Assembly (NCBI RefSeq): GCF_009914755.1
Contig: NC_060932.1
DNA from: the human T2T-CHM13v2.0 reference genome, Homo sapiens
Length of the DNA stretch: 64,000 bases
Direction: 5' to 3' (one strand)
Of the stretch, positions 45,760-63,610 are shown piece by piece. A program made the translations under genes and the position numbers. Numbering within the stretch: position 1 is the first letter of the stretch; each line of letters opens with the position of its first letter. Under the pieces are notes generated by a model. That model did no database searches, had not been told where the DNA came from, and saw only the letters and a program-made list of their open reading frames with translations.

Positions 45760-47727
45760 ATTTGTTTTTAATTTTTATGCATACATAGAAGTTGTACACA
45801 TTATAGGGTACATGTGTTATTTTTCTATAAGCATACCATGTGTAATGATCAAATCTGGGTAATTGTAATATTTCATAACCTGAAACAATTATCATGTCTT
45901 TGTACTGGAAACATTACATATTTTCTCTTCTAGCTATGTTAAAATATACAATAAATTATGTTAACCATAGTTTCCCTATTGTGCTACTGAACATTAGATT
46001 TTATTTCTTCTATCTAACTGTATTTTTGAACCCATTAACCAACCTGTTTTCACCCCCCACTTGCCATTACCCTTCCCAGCCTCTGTCAACCACCATTCTA
46101 TTAACTATCTCCAGGAGATTATTTTTTTTAGCTTCTACGTGTGCATGAGAAAATGCAATATTTGTCTTTCTGTGGCTGGCTTATTTCATTAAAATAACGT
46201 CCTACAGTTTCATCCATGTTGCTGCAAATTATAGGATTTCCATCTTTTTTACAGCTGAATGATATTCCATTGTGTATATATGCCATGTTTTCTTTATTCA
46301 TTCATCCATTGAAGGGCACATAAGTTGATTCCATATCTTGACTATTGTGAATGGTTCTTCAATAAACATGAGAGTGCAGGTGTCTCTTCAATATATTGAT
46401 TTCCTTTCTTTTGAATACGTACCCAGAAGTGAGATTGCTAGCTCATATGGTAGTTCTACTTTTAGTTTTTTGAAAAACCTCCATATGAGTTTTCACAGTG
46501 ACTGACTGCAGTAATTTGTATAATCTCCAACAGTGTTCAAGTGTTCCCCTTTCTCAGCATCTTCACCAGCATTTATCATCTTTTTGACTTTTTGATAATA
46601 GTCATTCTAACTCGGGTGAGATAATATCTCATTTTGGTTTTGATTTGCAGTCCCCTGGTGACTAGTGATGTTGAGCATTTTTTCATATACCAGGTTGTCA
46701 TTTACATGTCTTCTTTTGAGAAATGTCCATTTAGCACTTTTGCTCATTTTAAAATCATGTTATTTGTTTATTTGTTATTGAGTTGTTTGGTTATTAATAC
46801 CCTTTCAGATATTTTTGCAAATATCTTCACCTCTTCTGTGGGTTTTCTCTTCACTTATTAATTGTTTCCTTTGCTGTAGAGAAGCTTTTTAGCTTGATGA
46901 AATCTTGTTTGTCAACTTTTACTTTGGTTGCCTGTGCTTTTGAGGTCTTACAGAAAAAAATATTTGCCCAAATCAATGATCTGGAGCATTTGTTCAATGT
47001 TTTCTTCTAGTAGTTTCATAGTTTCCATTCTTAGATTTGAGTCTTTAATCCATGTTGATTTGATTTTTGTAATATGGTGAGACATAGGGGTCTAGCTTCA
47101 TTCTTCTGCATATGGATATCCAGTTCTTCCAGCTTATTTATTGAAGAGACTGCCTTTTCCCCATTGTATGTTCTTGGTTACTTGGTGGAAAATTAGCTGG
47201 CTGTAAATGTCTAATTGCTCTGGCTAGGACATCCAGTACTATGTTGAATAAAAGTAGTGAAAGTGGGCATACTTGTCTCGTTCCATTCACAGTGACGCTT
47301 GCTATAGGTTTGTCATATATGGCCTTTATTGTTTTGAGGTATATTTCTTCTACACCCACTTTCTTGAGAGTTTTTATCATGAAGTGTGTTGAATTTTATC
47401 AAATGCTCTTTCTAGAATTTATTGAATGTTCATATGGTTTTTGTACTTGATTCTATTAATGTGATTTATTACAGTTCTTATTTCTGTATATTGAACCATC
47501 CTTGGATCCCTGAGATGAATCCCACCTGATCAAGAAGAATGATCTTTTTAATAGGTTATTGACTTCAGTTTGCTGAGGATTTTTGCATGAATGTTCATCA
47601 CTGATATTGGCCTATAGTTTTATTTGTCTAGTTTTGATATTAAGGTAATGGTGGTCTTGTAGAATTAGTTTGGAAGTTTTCCTCCATCCCTATTGTTTTG
47701 GCATAGTTTGAGTAGAATTAGTATTAT
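45760..47727 (-). mobile_element. L1MA (L1MA3/4-like) 3' portion with internal deletion near 47210
   Basis: 3' UTR antisense; RT fragment [25 protein letters not shown]...[25 protein letters not shown]. Confidence 0.9.
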
Positions 47728-47869
47728 TCGAGGATCTACTTTCTGCCACTTTTGTCTAATAGTGCACCACCGTGGAGCTGGAAGCATTAATGTTTCACAT
47801 CAGCACAGTTACTACATCTAGGATACTCCAGTCTTTGTGCACTGAAGCTGCACTAGCAACTGCAACCAA

Positions 47870-48431
47870 TTTTTTAATTATTTTTTTATTGTGATAAATA
47901 TATACGTAACATAGAATTTACTATTATAATCATTTTAAGTGTATTGTTTAGTGGTATTAAATTCATTTATAATGTTGTGCAGCCACCATCACCACCATCC
48001 GTCTCCATAACTCTTTCTATCTTGTAAAACTGAAACAGTATACCCATTGAACATTAACTTTCCATTCTCCCAACCTTTATCCCCTGGAAACAACTTTCAC
48101 TTTCTCTGTGATTTTCATTATGATTTTTACTACTGTAAGTACCTCATATAAGTGAATCATACAGTATTTGCCTCTTTGTGACTTGCTTATTTCACATAAC
48201 ATGATGTTCTCAAAGCTCATCCATGCTGTAGCATGTATCAGAATTTCTTCCCCCTTTTAAGGCTGAATAATATCCCATTTTATAGGTACATTGCATTTTG
48301 CTTATACATTCATCTATTGATGGACACTTGGGTTGCTTTCATATTGTAGTTATTGTGAATAATACTGCTGTGATATTATTCATAGCAATATTATTTATAT
48401 ATACTCTCTGAGATACATACATATATATTGT

Positions 48432-48480
<49 letters not shown>

Positions 48481-48668
48481 ATGGGTGTGTATTTGAGACC
48501 CTGCTTTCAATATTTTGGATATGTATCCAGAAGTGGAATTGCTGGATTTTATGATACTATCATTTTTAATGTTTTGATGAACCGCAATACTGTTTTCCAC
48601 AGTGGCTATACCATTTGCATTCTCACCAGTAGTGCATAAGGGTTCTAATTTATTCACATTCTCATGCC
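47870..48668 (-). mobile_element. L1MB 3' end containing (TG)n at ~48434-48479
   Basis: GTACCTCATATAAGTGAATCATACAGTATTTG...CCAGAAGTGGAATTGCTGGAT. Confidence 0.88.
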
Positions 48669-51600
48669 TTCATTTTTCACACATTCTTAAAGGAAGTCAA
48701 AATAAGAACTTTGCATTTAAGGGTAGACATTTTTCTGAAGTGAGGGGGTAGATGTTAAAATTTACTTTAATTGGGAATATGAGAACAGGGCTATAAATGG
48801 GTTATGAAAATCAACCCAGATGATTAAAATACAATGCAGTAATGTGAGTAAGTTCTACTCTTTGTGGTATGAGTAGTATGTATGAAGATGGTGGTCTCCA
48901 CATAAAGGGAGCTGTTTTTAAAAACAGGCAGCTTGGAAAGCATCATAAAAATGGAAATTCACATAGATGTTCAATCATTAGTAAGCTTCTTTTAGACCCT
49001 GAAAAAGCAGGAAAGTATTATAGGCATAGGGTCCAAAATAAGTACAGATGGGATGAATCTAGTTTACCAAGAAATGGCAAAGCATTTGGACTTAGGAGAA
49101 AGTTTGTTAGAAAGAGAGGGAGAGAAAGCACTTATAGCATTTTACAAATATGTTTACAGTTTTGTATTTTATATTAATATTACTTGGAAACCATTTTTCC
49201 TTTTATTAGGTAAATGATTTTTGTCACATCCAAAGATAGTCTGAATCAAAGATTTATATCTTGTTGGATTTCTTTTATTCTAGTCATTAGTCAGGCTGCA
49301 TTCTTTTAAAGTAGATGTTCTAAAATTATAAAAACTAAATTCTCTAAATGTATTTAACAAAGAACTCTCATTTAACAAAGATCCTAACAAAGACCCAAGA
49401 TGAACATCATGATTCTTTCACTTATATTTCTACTTTTTTGGTTAAATATAGCTTGTTTTTACAATAAACATATATAGCAATTTTTTTCTGTTAGCCATTT
49501 TTTCTTATTTGCCCAAAGTTCTGGCTGAACCCATTTGTGCTAATTTGACTAAGGTATATGACCGATAGTAAACCAATATTATATTTGAAATCATAAATGT
49601 GGAAATGGGAATGATGTGGAAATTCATGTAAAAGCTTTTTTTGATGAATAGAATTAAACTTTAACAAAATGAACCAAATAACATCTTTGTGTTTGTTCTT
49701 GCCCAAGGCTTGTATCTGAAAAGCGTTATTGCTGTAGCAATTGATTTTCTTGTATTTTAAAATAGCAAAGGATTTTTAAAAATGTTTTTAGGTAACCTGA
49801 AAAAAAGAAGGTGATTTATTTTCTGCTAAGTCTTGTTACCAGTCGGTAGTAACAAGAACTGTAAAAGTTCCTTAGAGAATGCTTAATTATCTTTTGAGAT
49901 GCTCTCAGGAGAACTGAAGAGAAGCTTATAAAAAGGAAAAAAAAAAAAAAAGCTTTTTCTAAGAACTGTTTTCACCCAATTAAACTATAACTGATTTGTG
50001 GTTAGCCCATGTCATAAGCCTTTAGGTTTTGTAGGAAATAAGGGAGAATCATTCTTAGCAAAAGAAATAAAATACACAATAGGAAATTAATGGAGAACCA
50101 AACAGTTGACTATGTGGATTTATCCTCAAAATGTTTCTAATTTGATCATTCCTTTTTATAATCTCTCAATTTGCTTCTCCTTAAAAAATAGAAAAATCAC
50201 TCAAAATAATCTATAAAAATGCACAAAAAGGTCTCTGATGTTATGAAAATACTAAAGGAAAATAGAATCATTATGATGATTCTTCACAAGTCTGAAATCA
50301 TCAGAGACTAAAGAATCCCTGCAGAAGTGATTTTATTTAATTTCCCAGCTGAATACTGCCTTTCCAGTGGAGAAGATCTTCTCCTAAGAACTCTTTTATA
50401 ATTTGGAGGAACTTCAAGAAATGAGGATGCATCTCTTTCAGCCAAAATTATTTGTTTACAACTTGAGAATAATTTTAATGAATTACTTCTGCATTAGCAG
50501 AGAGGATTGTAGAATGGTTTAGGTTTGTGACTCAGAAAACCCTCTGTGATATTGATGTGACTTAAGGGTTTATGCATCAAATTAATCTGTGACAAAAACT
50601 GTACAATAGCATGATATTTGATGTCTGTCATAATATTGCACATTATTTCATGTTGTCTTTGATCTTTCCTGAGCCTGTATCAGGGAAATCACTATCTAAA
50701 GTGTAATGTGCTATGGAAGAGATGCATCCCAGTCTAAACCCCTTAGCCTGGATCATGGAAATTAAATTTTGAATATAGATTTCATATTTGCTTCAAACAT
50801 TTACCTATTTCTCAACCTGAACATGAAGTAATGAGTCTAAGAACAGGAGACTGTTTTTTCCCTTGGTATTGGACACTTCATTGAGAAGATCACTATGCAT
50901 TTCACACTACCTTATTCCTACTGATCCCAAAGCAGGGCTTTCGTATTTGATCAGTGCTCAGTAGTATTCACTACACCAAAGCCCTATGTCCCTACCAGCC
51001 ATTTGGTATGTCTGAACTAAGGAAGTGAATCTGTGTCATTCCAAGGCACATGAGAGCCACACTTGAAGTAGTTTGTTGTCCTCTTAACCCCAAAAGGGAT
51101 AATCTTTAATTAATTACTTTGCCAAAGCATTTTATGTTTGTAAATGTTTAATAAATGTCCTGGCACTTTTAAAAATGATTTAAATATTTTTGCCACTTTT
51201 TGATTCAAATAAAACTGTAATAATTTCAGTTCAATGCAACTGAAAATATAGTGTCATTAAAGGATATTTACTGCTAAATTCCAAATCTCAGGTTTGCGAG
51301 CCATCTCTGGGCAGAAGCATCAATTCTTACTAAGTTTATTACCTCAAGTTATTATCAATCTTGTGGTGGTAGGTGGGGAACAAAAATGATCAGCTCACAG
51401 AATTTGGTTAAGAAAGGAAAAAAACAAAAACAATGCAAATGACAGGTAGTTACAGATATTAGTAAAATAAAAATACAATCTCAAGTATCAGTTTCTTAAA
51501 TTAATAGAAAAAAATACAAGCAAAGTTACAACAATTATTATTATGCCAGATATGGGATCTGGGTAAGTTATTTGCATTTTATAGTGATTTCTTAAGCCTC

Positions 51601-51714
51601 ATGTCCACTGAGACGGTTTTACAAAGCTCTATTAGAAATAGAAATTTAGATATCTATTACACTTTATCAGACGGTGGGATTTTTCCCTAAGCAAGTTCTG
51701 TGTCCAGATTATTA

Positions 51715-51792
51715 TAGGTTGATGCAAGAGTAATTGAGGTTTTTGCCGTTGCTTTTAACAGCAAAAACCGCAATTAATTTGCACCAACCTAA
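51715..51792. mobile_element. MADE1 mariner (Hsmar1-derived) MITE
   Basis: ~80-bp near-palindrome TAGGTTGATGCAAGAGTAATTGAGGTTTTTGC...GCAAAAACCGCAATTAATTTGCACCAACCTAA, with TA flanks. Confidence 0.93.
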
Positions 51793-52002
51793 TAATTTAA
51801 ATTTTATTTGACATTAAATTTAGTTATTTAAATTAATTGGATTAAGAGGAGTTGGAAACTTCCCTGGCATAAATATCTATAGCTACCCCTTTCTGTGGTT
51901 TTTAGAACTAAGTCCATAGCTAAGGAATCTGAAAGTCAGGCAAGGGCATGTAATAGATACCTTAACATCTTGTCAGCCTTTTGTTCCTTTGATTTTCAGC
52001 CT

Positions 52003-52330
52003 TCAGTCCATCCATCCACCATATCTTTATTAAGCATTCACTAAGAGCAGCAGTCAGCTGAGTCCTGGGCACACAGATATGAGCATGGCAGATAAACCGT
52101 TTGTCCTCATGGAGCTTGTAGTCTGTGTGAGCCTGATGCTGAGCACGCCAAAGAGAAAACGACAAGATCCAGGGAAGGAAGGCACATAAAACAAATAATT
52201 ACAGCCTGAGAGAAGTAGTCTGATGGAGACTTGTATTGACATTGCAGAGGAAGAGCACCACTCTTCTTAAGACTGTCCATGAAGTTGTCCTTCGGGAGGT
52301 AGCATTTGAGCTGAGTCACAAAGTTGAGCA
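52003..52330 (-). mobile_element. L2 3' fragment
   Basis: CCATCCATCC...TTTATTAAGCA...GTCCTCATGGAGCTTGTAGTCT...GGAGGTAGCATTTGAGCTGAG. Confidence 0.75.
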
Positions 52331-55300
52331 GCATTTAGACACTGCTGCCATCACTAAGTGATGCAAGTCTCAACCTCATTTCTCCTTCATTCAACAGTTA
52401 TGAGGAGCTTAGAGTAATCAGGGAACAATTCCTGGATGCAGTGGCATTGCAGGAGGCAGAAATATGATTGCAAGGCTTTTCAGCCCTGAGAAGGTCCTGC
52501 GAGGCAGGAGGATCGTTTTCTTTGAACTCAGGAGGACTGGATTCCGGATGTTATCAGACCAGCGTTTATCTTAAGATAAATCAGGGTGTAAGGAACCCAA
52601 TAATGTATGATTTTAGGGAAATTTTAGGAAAAGACTGCTTTTTCTCTTCCAAGTATCTGTCCCTTCCTCTGACACAGGGAATTAAACAAATTACATCATG
52701 ATCAAGGCATTCCTTCTAATAAAGTCTTCAAACTTTACCTAAAGGAGATGCCACTGTATTAATGCTAGGATTTTCCCAAATGTCTTTTGAAAGGCACACA
52801 TCCTGCATATGTTTGTGATTTGAAAAAAATGGTTTCATAATAATTAAATCTGGGAAACACTGCAATCTATAGACCTCTCCTGAAAATTAACTATGCACTT
52901 GTAAATTAAGGAGCATAGGAGTCCTGTGGTTAAAAAATAAGTTAACTGACCTTTGAACACCTCTCCCCCTTGAGTTTTTGCAGAACATCTATTATGCTGA
53001 AAGAGCTTTGAGGCACATCAATCATTTTTAAACAGCAAGATAAGCTCCCTTTCCTGAGCTGGAGAACACTGAGCTCTAACTGGTGGATGGAGGGATGGAA
53101 GATCAGACAGGGAGAAACAGAGGAGGACAGGAGAAGAGGGTGGAAATAAGGAGGAGATTTTGGATAAGTGGACAATTTTCTGGTCAGCGCTGACACCTCT
53201 AGCTGAGAGATGACACTTCATGTCCTAAAATGCTTCCCCCTGTTTTGCTGTCATTTGTGGCCACATTCAGCTACTGAAAGTGTGAGGACTTTAAAGGGTC
53301 TCAGGGCTAGACGTTCTGATGGTTCAAGGCACTTCCTCCTGGGGGCCTAATAACCAGTTTCTGACTCATAGCAGCATCAGATTCTGACACCTGAAGGTTA
53401 TGGACACAATAAAATCTCTCCAGCATGAGCTTCCGTGTACTCTTACCAAAAACCACACGCTGACAGAATTAGTATGTGGAGCCAGGGGGACTGAATTGCT
53501 GGGCAATGGGTCATACTAAAAATAAAAAGATGTAATCTACTTAAGTAGATATACGAAGCCAAGAAATAATTTCAACCCTTTTCGAAATTCAATCCTTTGC
53601 CATATCTTTACAAACAAACGAAGGGGAGTTGTTGCTAAAAAATCACTATGCTAATTTTTAGTCACATTCATGCCTGTGAGCACGTATAAGGAGTTCCAAG
53701 ATAAATTTTACCTTCTTTAGCCTTGTTAAAATGCTTAGAAATTAATATGCATTGTTATCCAAGATTATGAAGTGATATATGTTCTTTGGAAATATAAAAA
53801 ATTAAGATATAAAATACAAAAGTTATTATAAATAACATTTTGATGTACATTATTTTAGTTTGTTCCCCAAGATGTACATCTAAGTATTCATAAGTTTTTT
53901 AAACCTCATGTCTACTTCAGTATACCTATTTTGTAGACAAAATCTGTTTTGTAGATTTTCTTCATTCAAAAATGTAAAGACAACATTTCTTTAGCCATTA
54001 AATATTCTACACAGTATGCCTTTATATGAGTATACAATGCTTTAACACAATTAATTGTACTCTATTTCATTCCCAATGTTTTCATATTCTGACTTTTAAA
54101 TCTTTTTGTTTGCCTTTGATATTTTTACTCAAAGTAAATCCCTAAAGGCAAATTGCCGTGTCACAGTATGTGAACATTTTTAAAACTATAACAAGTTGTC
54201 AGACTGCTCTCAAATATTATATATCTTACAGGTCTCTCAGGGGCTAGGTGGAAGAGGCAGTATTTCTCTATTCTCACTAATAAATGAGGATTTTAAAGTG
54301 CCAACAATAGTTCTTTAAATAAGTCTTCTTCCACTTGTATTTTACCGCAAATGTTACTGACTGTTTTCTAATTAAGGTAACCAGGTGAAGCCTTTCTTGG
54401 TCCTGTGTGTGGCTGAAATCAGGGCTGAAAATTATACATGAAGCTATTTTTTAAGAAAACTCTAAACTCTACAGACATCTTTTATTTATTTAATAGTGCT
54501 TAACATTGCAACTTTGAATGAGACAGAGTAAAGCTGTCACATTTTTTCTTGTCAGTTTAAGTGGTTATAAAACAGCTGTGATCACCAGCTTAATGAATGT
54601 AGAAATTTTACATTAACTGTGGATAGATATCCATCTTCCTCTTCTTTTTATTAGTTATTAAGTACATAATAAAGTAATATGTAAACACATAGAAATTAGA
54701 GACCATCTTCTTTTTCAGAAAGCCTAGTTTTGCTCACTTAATTAGGAGTTGTTATTTGATGACAATTTTTTAAAAAATAATGATGTTATAAATGTCAAAT
54801 AGCTTTTTATGCATTACGGAATCAGACATTCACTTTGTTGTGGAGTCAATGTGATGTCCTAGGTTAAGGAAGAAGTGCATTTTTCATGTTTCTCAAAAGT
54901 ACTGGACTTCGCACAAGTAAAAGTAAGAAATTAAAATCCATACAAAGTGAAAAACTGTAACTGTAATGTGCGGGACACACCAAAAAGAGGGTGGCATATT
55001 AAAATGAAATAAAAAATCATTCATATTTAAGTCTAAAGAAAATGGGCCAAAGTCAATGAAAGATTGTTTAGATTCTTCAGCACATTGTTTTCCTAATCAC
55101 ATTGTTTAATTACCTGAGGTTAAAATATAGACGAATGTATTAGCAAGGAGAGATGCAATGATTAAAGACTGGTACTATTAGTTGTGAGATTTTCAAGGAC
55201 ATCCTTATGAACAGAGGTAGAATAGATTTTTTTTTGACACAGAGAGGCTAAAAGTATATGAAAAGTCCTGAGACCATTAGTGATCTATAATATCTCAAAG

Positions 55301-56486
55301 AATAACCACTGAAACAAGAAAATAGGTACAACTAGCTTATCTGAATCTACCTTAAGGAATCATCATAAAATATCTCCCAAATAGAAACGTAAGGCTTTAT
55401 CACAAATAGTTAACATAAACTTTAACACGGATAGTTAAATGAAGTAAAATTAAGTTTTTCCAAATAAATTTATCAGGTTTACAGACAGCACAGTATTTAG
55501 ATGTCTTATTTACACAATGCCTCCATTTTAGCTACAGATGTGGACATCCTCAAAGGTTGACTGAAGACTGGTCAGTGCTATTCTGTCATTTCCAGGAATG
55601 ACTTATAGATGCTGAGGCATAAGTCCTCCTGTCTTGCCATGCAAGGAAAGGGCTATGAAATTTTAAGTTATGGGTGCTACGGAGAGCAATAAAAACAACA
55701 TTTTAGAATTATTCAGGTAATGCTTAGGACCTGTGAACTTAGAAATATATGATGGCAAAAATAATTACCACGGTGAGCATTTACAAATGAAAAAAAATCA
55801 CTTTAATACCCAAATAGAGGAATTGGGTAAATATATGATGATCCTTCTTCCCAATGGAATCAACACAGTTAATTAGATTGAAATTTAAAGAGAATTTGTG
55901 ATAGCTTGGGAAACTGCTATTAAAGGAGCAGTCAACGATGGAAAAATTAAAAATAATTTTAAAATTTTCTTATTTCTAAAACAGCTGAAAGAAAATATAG
56001 CAGAGGTTTAACGTTATTTGATTTGCTGTTCATGAACCCTGTGTGTTATTCTTACTTTCCCACATTTATGATTTTGCAAATTTTCTCTCATAAACCTATA
56101 TTAATTATTTCCATAATACAACCCACCCTTATTTTAAACTGTACTGTGGGTCCCATGAGCAATGCGCAGAGCGGGGCAGCTGTGCAGCTTCCAAGAGAAG
56201 GGGCTGCGCCTGGCTCCACACTCCTCTTCTGGGCTGCTTTGCTATCCCAGCTGCCCTCTCGTCCCTTCCTATCAGCCTCTTGTCTGTGCTGCTTTCTGCA
56301 AGTTTTACATTTTTCTTTGTAAATTTTTCACAGGTAAAGGACCTATCTTTATCTGAAGGAGAGAATAAAATCAATCTTTGCTTTCTCTTTGTTTATATTT
56401 TGTGTGAGAAATTTGTATGCTAAAATCAAATGCCACCGGTATTCACAAATAGGGTGACATTTGTGTTGTGCCTGATTACACTGTGA

Positions 56487-56934
<448 letters not shown>

Positions 56935-57004
56935 AGGAACAGCCACTATTAAAATGCCAATGTTCATTCTCAAGAGCTCAGATATCCTCACAGGGGCTGA
57001 TTGA

Positions 57005-57300
57005 TGGCCAGGTGCAGGAGCAATGCTGGTGTTGGGAAACTGGAAGAGGCCACTGTGGCTAGACCATAGAAAGTAAGTAGAGCATGACACAACTTTAGAC
57101 TGGAGAGTCAGGTGGGGCAAATTAGGCAAGACCTCCTAGGCCAAGCTAAAGATGTTAGGCTTTATCCAAGGATCACCAGATAGCTCTTGAAATATTTTAA
57201 GCAGGAAAGAGCGATATGATCTGATGTGAAAAGTAAATGATGATGCTGGATATGGTCCACATTGGCACAACTGGTGAGAGATGAACAAGGGTATGAGCCT
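57005..57300 (-). mobile_element. L2 fragment
   Basis: GAGGCCACTGTGGCTAGA...GGCTTTATCC...TTTTAAGCAGGAAAGAGCGATATGATCTGA. Confidence 0.7.
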
Positions 57301-59399
57301 GAGTCCTCTGGATTAGGAAATAAGGAATCTGTCCACAACTACAGGGAAGACTCTGGTAAGTGCAACTTACAGTTTACAAATTTTAAGAGAGGTGCCACAT
57401 TTGAAGAGACTGTTAGGACAATTACTATGCAGCTCCAGTTTCTCTGCTAGCATAATTTTGATCCCAGCCAACCCATGCTTTTCTGTCTTAAAAAGACCAA
57501 ATTTAGCAGGTGTTTGAGCCTGGAAGCAAGAAAGCAAGTTAAAAATACCAACATCATTTTGGCTAAGGAATAGATTTCCTTTAAGTGTCTCTGCACTTAA
57601 GCATTCATCCTGAGTAAAAAAATGTATCCAGCACACAGATTGTTCCCTCTCATGTTACTTTCTATGTCAGACTTAGCAATCTCAACACTCCATCCAATCT
57701 AATTCAGAATCATTAACATTTGTACTTAGCCACATGGATTCAAATGCTGAATGTTTGGAACATTTACAGACAGATGTTATCAAAGATGTTCTCTTTTCAC
57801 AGTTTCCTCTGTTAATTTGCATAGAACAACCATTGCCACTGAACATGAGGTGCAGTCAACAGAGAAGCAATTTTTTTGTTGTTGTTTGCTTGCTGTTGGG
57901 TTCTGGGCATGTGCTTGTATTGGGAAAGTGTTGTACTTTACTGCATTTAAATAAGTATTACTTCAATTATGGTTTGTTGTTGCTGTGTTTATAGATTTAC
58001 TTTAATCGGTTAGGAAGCAGATATTAATATGAGGAGAATGTGTTTTCCTGTAGATGCTGATTTTAATAGAAAGACATTCAGGACCCACTTTTTCATTGAA
58101 TTCTGCCTTTCTTTTTAGCCAAAATTGGGTCCTTTGCTTTTACTAAAAGGTGCGTTTTATTTACTCCTTTTTGCAATTCCAAGGTTGGGTAGTTTTGAAT
58201 TAGGAAAACATCATTACCTCTAACATTGATTTGTCAGAGTCTTCTTATTTACCTTTCATACTGAACACTAAAAGGACCTAGAAAATAAATAACAAAGTCC
58301 AACCCAAACTAAAGGTGCCCTTCATGTGTGAATTTTATGACTTCTCTGCTCTTGTTCATAAATTATTACCAATCAAAGGATTCTTGTCCAAGCTTCACTG
58401 GGGATGAAAAGCTGGTCAAGATTCAGACAAAATTTGCTGCTGAAATGAGAGCATTTTTGTTAGTAGATATGGAAAGAATCAATTTAACCAATATATTAGC
58501 ACGTATGTCACTTTTCCTCAGTCTTAGAAAATAAAAGTTCCCTCCTCTTGTCATAGGTCATCATGTCTAACTCTGCTCTTCATCAGATCTTTCCCATTTC
58601 CTTCATTGCCATTATATGTCCTTCATCTTGAAACACTGGCTAGTGTCCCTGCGACCTGTGTACATGTTGATTCTCAAGTTTTTGTTACCAAAAGACCCAA
58701 ATCTCTTGCTCTTCATTAACTCTCTAACGACCATACTCACTCCCCTCCTTCCTTCTTTTTCTTCTTCTTCTTTATTTTTTTTTTTTCTTCAAGAGAGAGC
58801 TAACGACTGTGAAATACAGATGTCAATGAAAGACCTTGGCATGCAGTGTTCCAGAAAGATTAATGTAGCCATGGGCTGCCAGAGGCAAGTAGATCTGTTT
58901 TCTGGCTATTGCAAGAGTTTATTCAGTGCAGGGTGATGAATGTCTGCTCAAAGCTGCTGTTCCGAATATCCTAATTTGTTTCGACTGCCATGGTTTTTTC
59001 AAATTTTATCCTCAAAATCATCCTCAATGCGGAACCTGTCTTGTGCTGCCATGTTACCCGCCTCCATTTTGAAGGCTTCATCTGGTGCTACTTAATCAAC
59101 ATTCACCTTGGTTTTTTGTTTTATTTGTTTGCTATCCTATTTCTACTTTGTTTTACCTCTTGCTTTTCATGACATCTATAGTTTTGAATATAAATATTCT
59201 CCAGGAATATTAGGTCTTATTGATTCAAAGGGCTAAGCTTTTTATTATTTTTAAAGAAGTAGGAGATAATATTACTGATTTTAAGAGATAATATGCTATT
59301 TTTACTACTATATAGCTGTGGGATTTTGTTTTATTTTATTTTGTTTTTCGGTATGCCTTCATATCTGATAAGATCAGCTGTTTTTCCTAAGTCTTCATT

Positions 59400-61900
<2,501 letters not shown>

Positions 61901-61949
61901 AGAACAATTTCTAAAAATTCATTCTTACAGAAATAATTTTTTGTTGTAA

Positions 61950-62155
61950 ACTATGCTCCAAGCAGTCTTGTAAGCACTTTGCCTGTATCATCTCATTTCA
62001 TTTATATAAAGCTCTAACAGGCATTACTGTTAGCGTTACTTTATATATAAAAAACAGCCAGTGGAATTTTAAATAGCTTGCCTAAAGATAAACAGTTAAT
62101 GGTTCCAATACTTGAACCTGAGCCTATACTCTTTACCACTATGACGTGCTGCCTT
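61950..62155 (-). mobile_element. MIR SINE
   Basis: TAAGCACTTTGCCTGTATCATCTCATTT...AGCTTGCCTAAAGATAAACAG...TTGAACCTGAG. Confidence 0.65.
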
Positions 62156-62174
62156 CTAATAAATTTATAATGCC

Positions 62175-63490
<1,316 letters not shown>

Positions 63491-63610
63491 CCCATTTTTC
63501 TTATAAGGAAATTGAGCCTCAGGTTAAATAAAATTGCCCACACAATAAATGCTGGGGCTGGACTTTGAACCTAATCAATTTGGTTCTTGAGTGTACACTC
63601 CCAACTATTT
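63491..63610 (-). mobile_element. MIR core fragment
   Basis: CCCATTTT...AAGGAAATTGAGCCTCAGGTTAAATAAAATTGCCCA...GGACTTTGAACCTA. Confidence 0.65.

Noticed and set aside
58780-58936. Possible coding exon after a pyrimidine tract (ERANDCEIQMSMKDLG...)
   Set aside because: No recognisable homology, weak donor and no partner exons.
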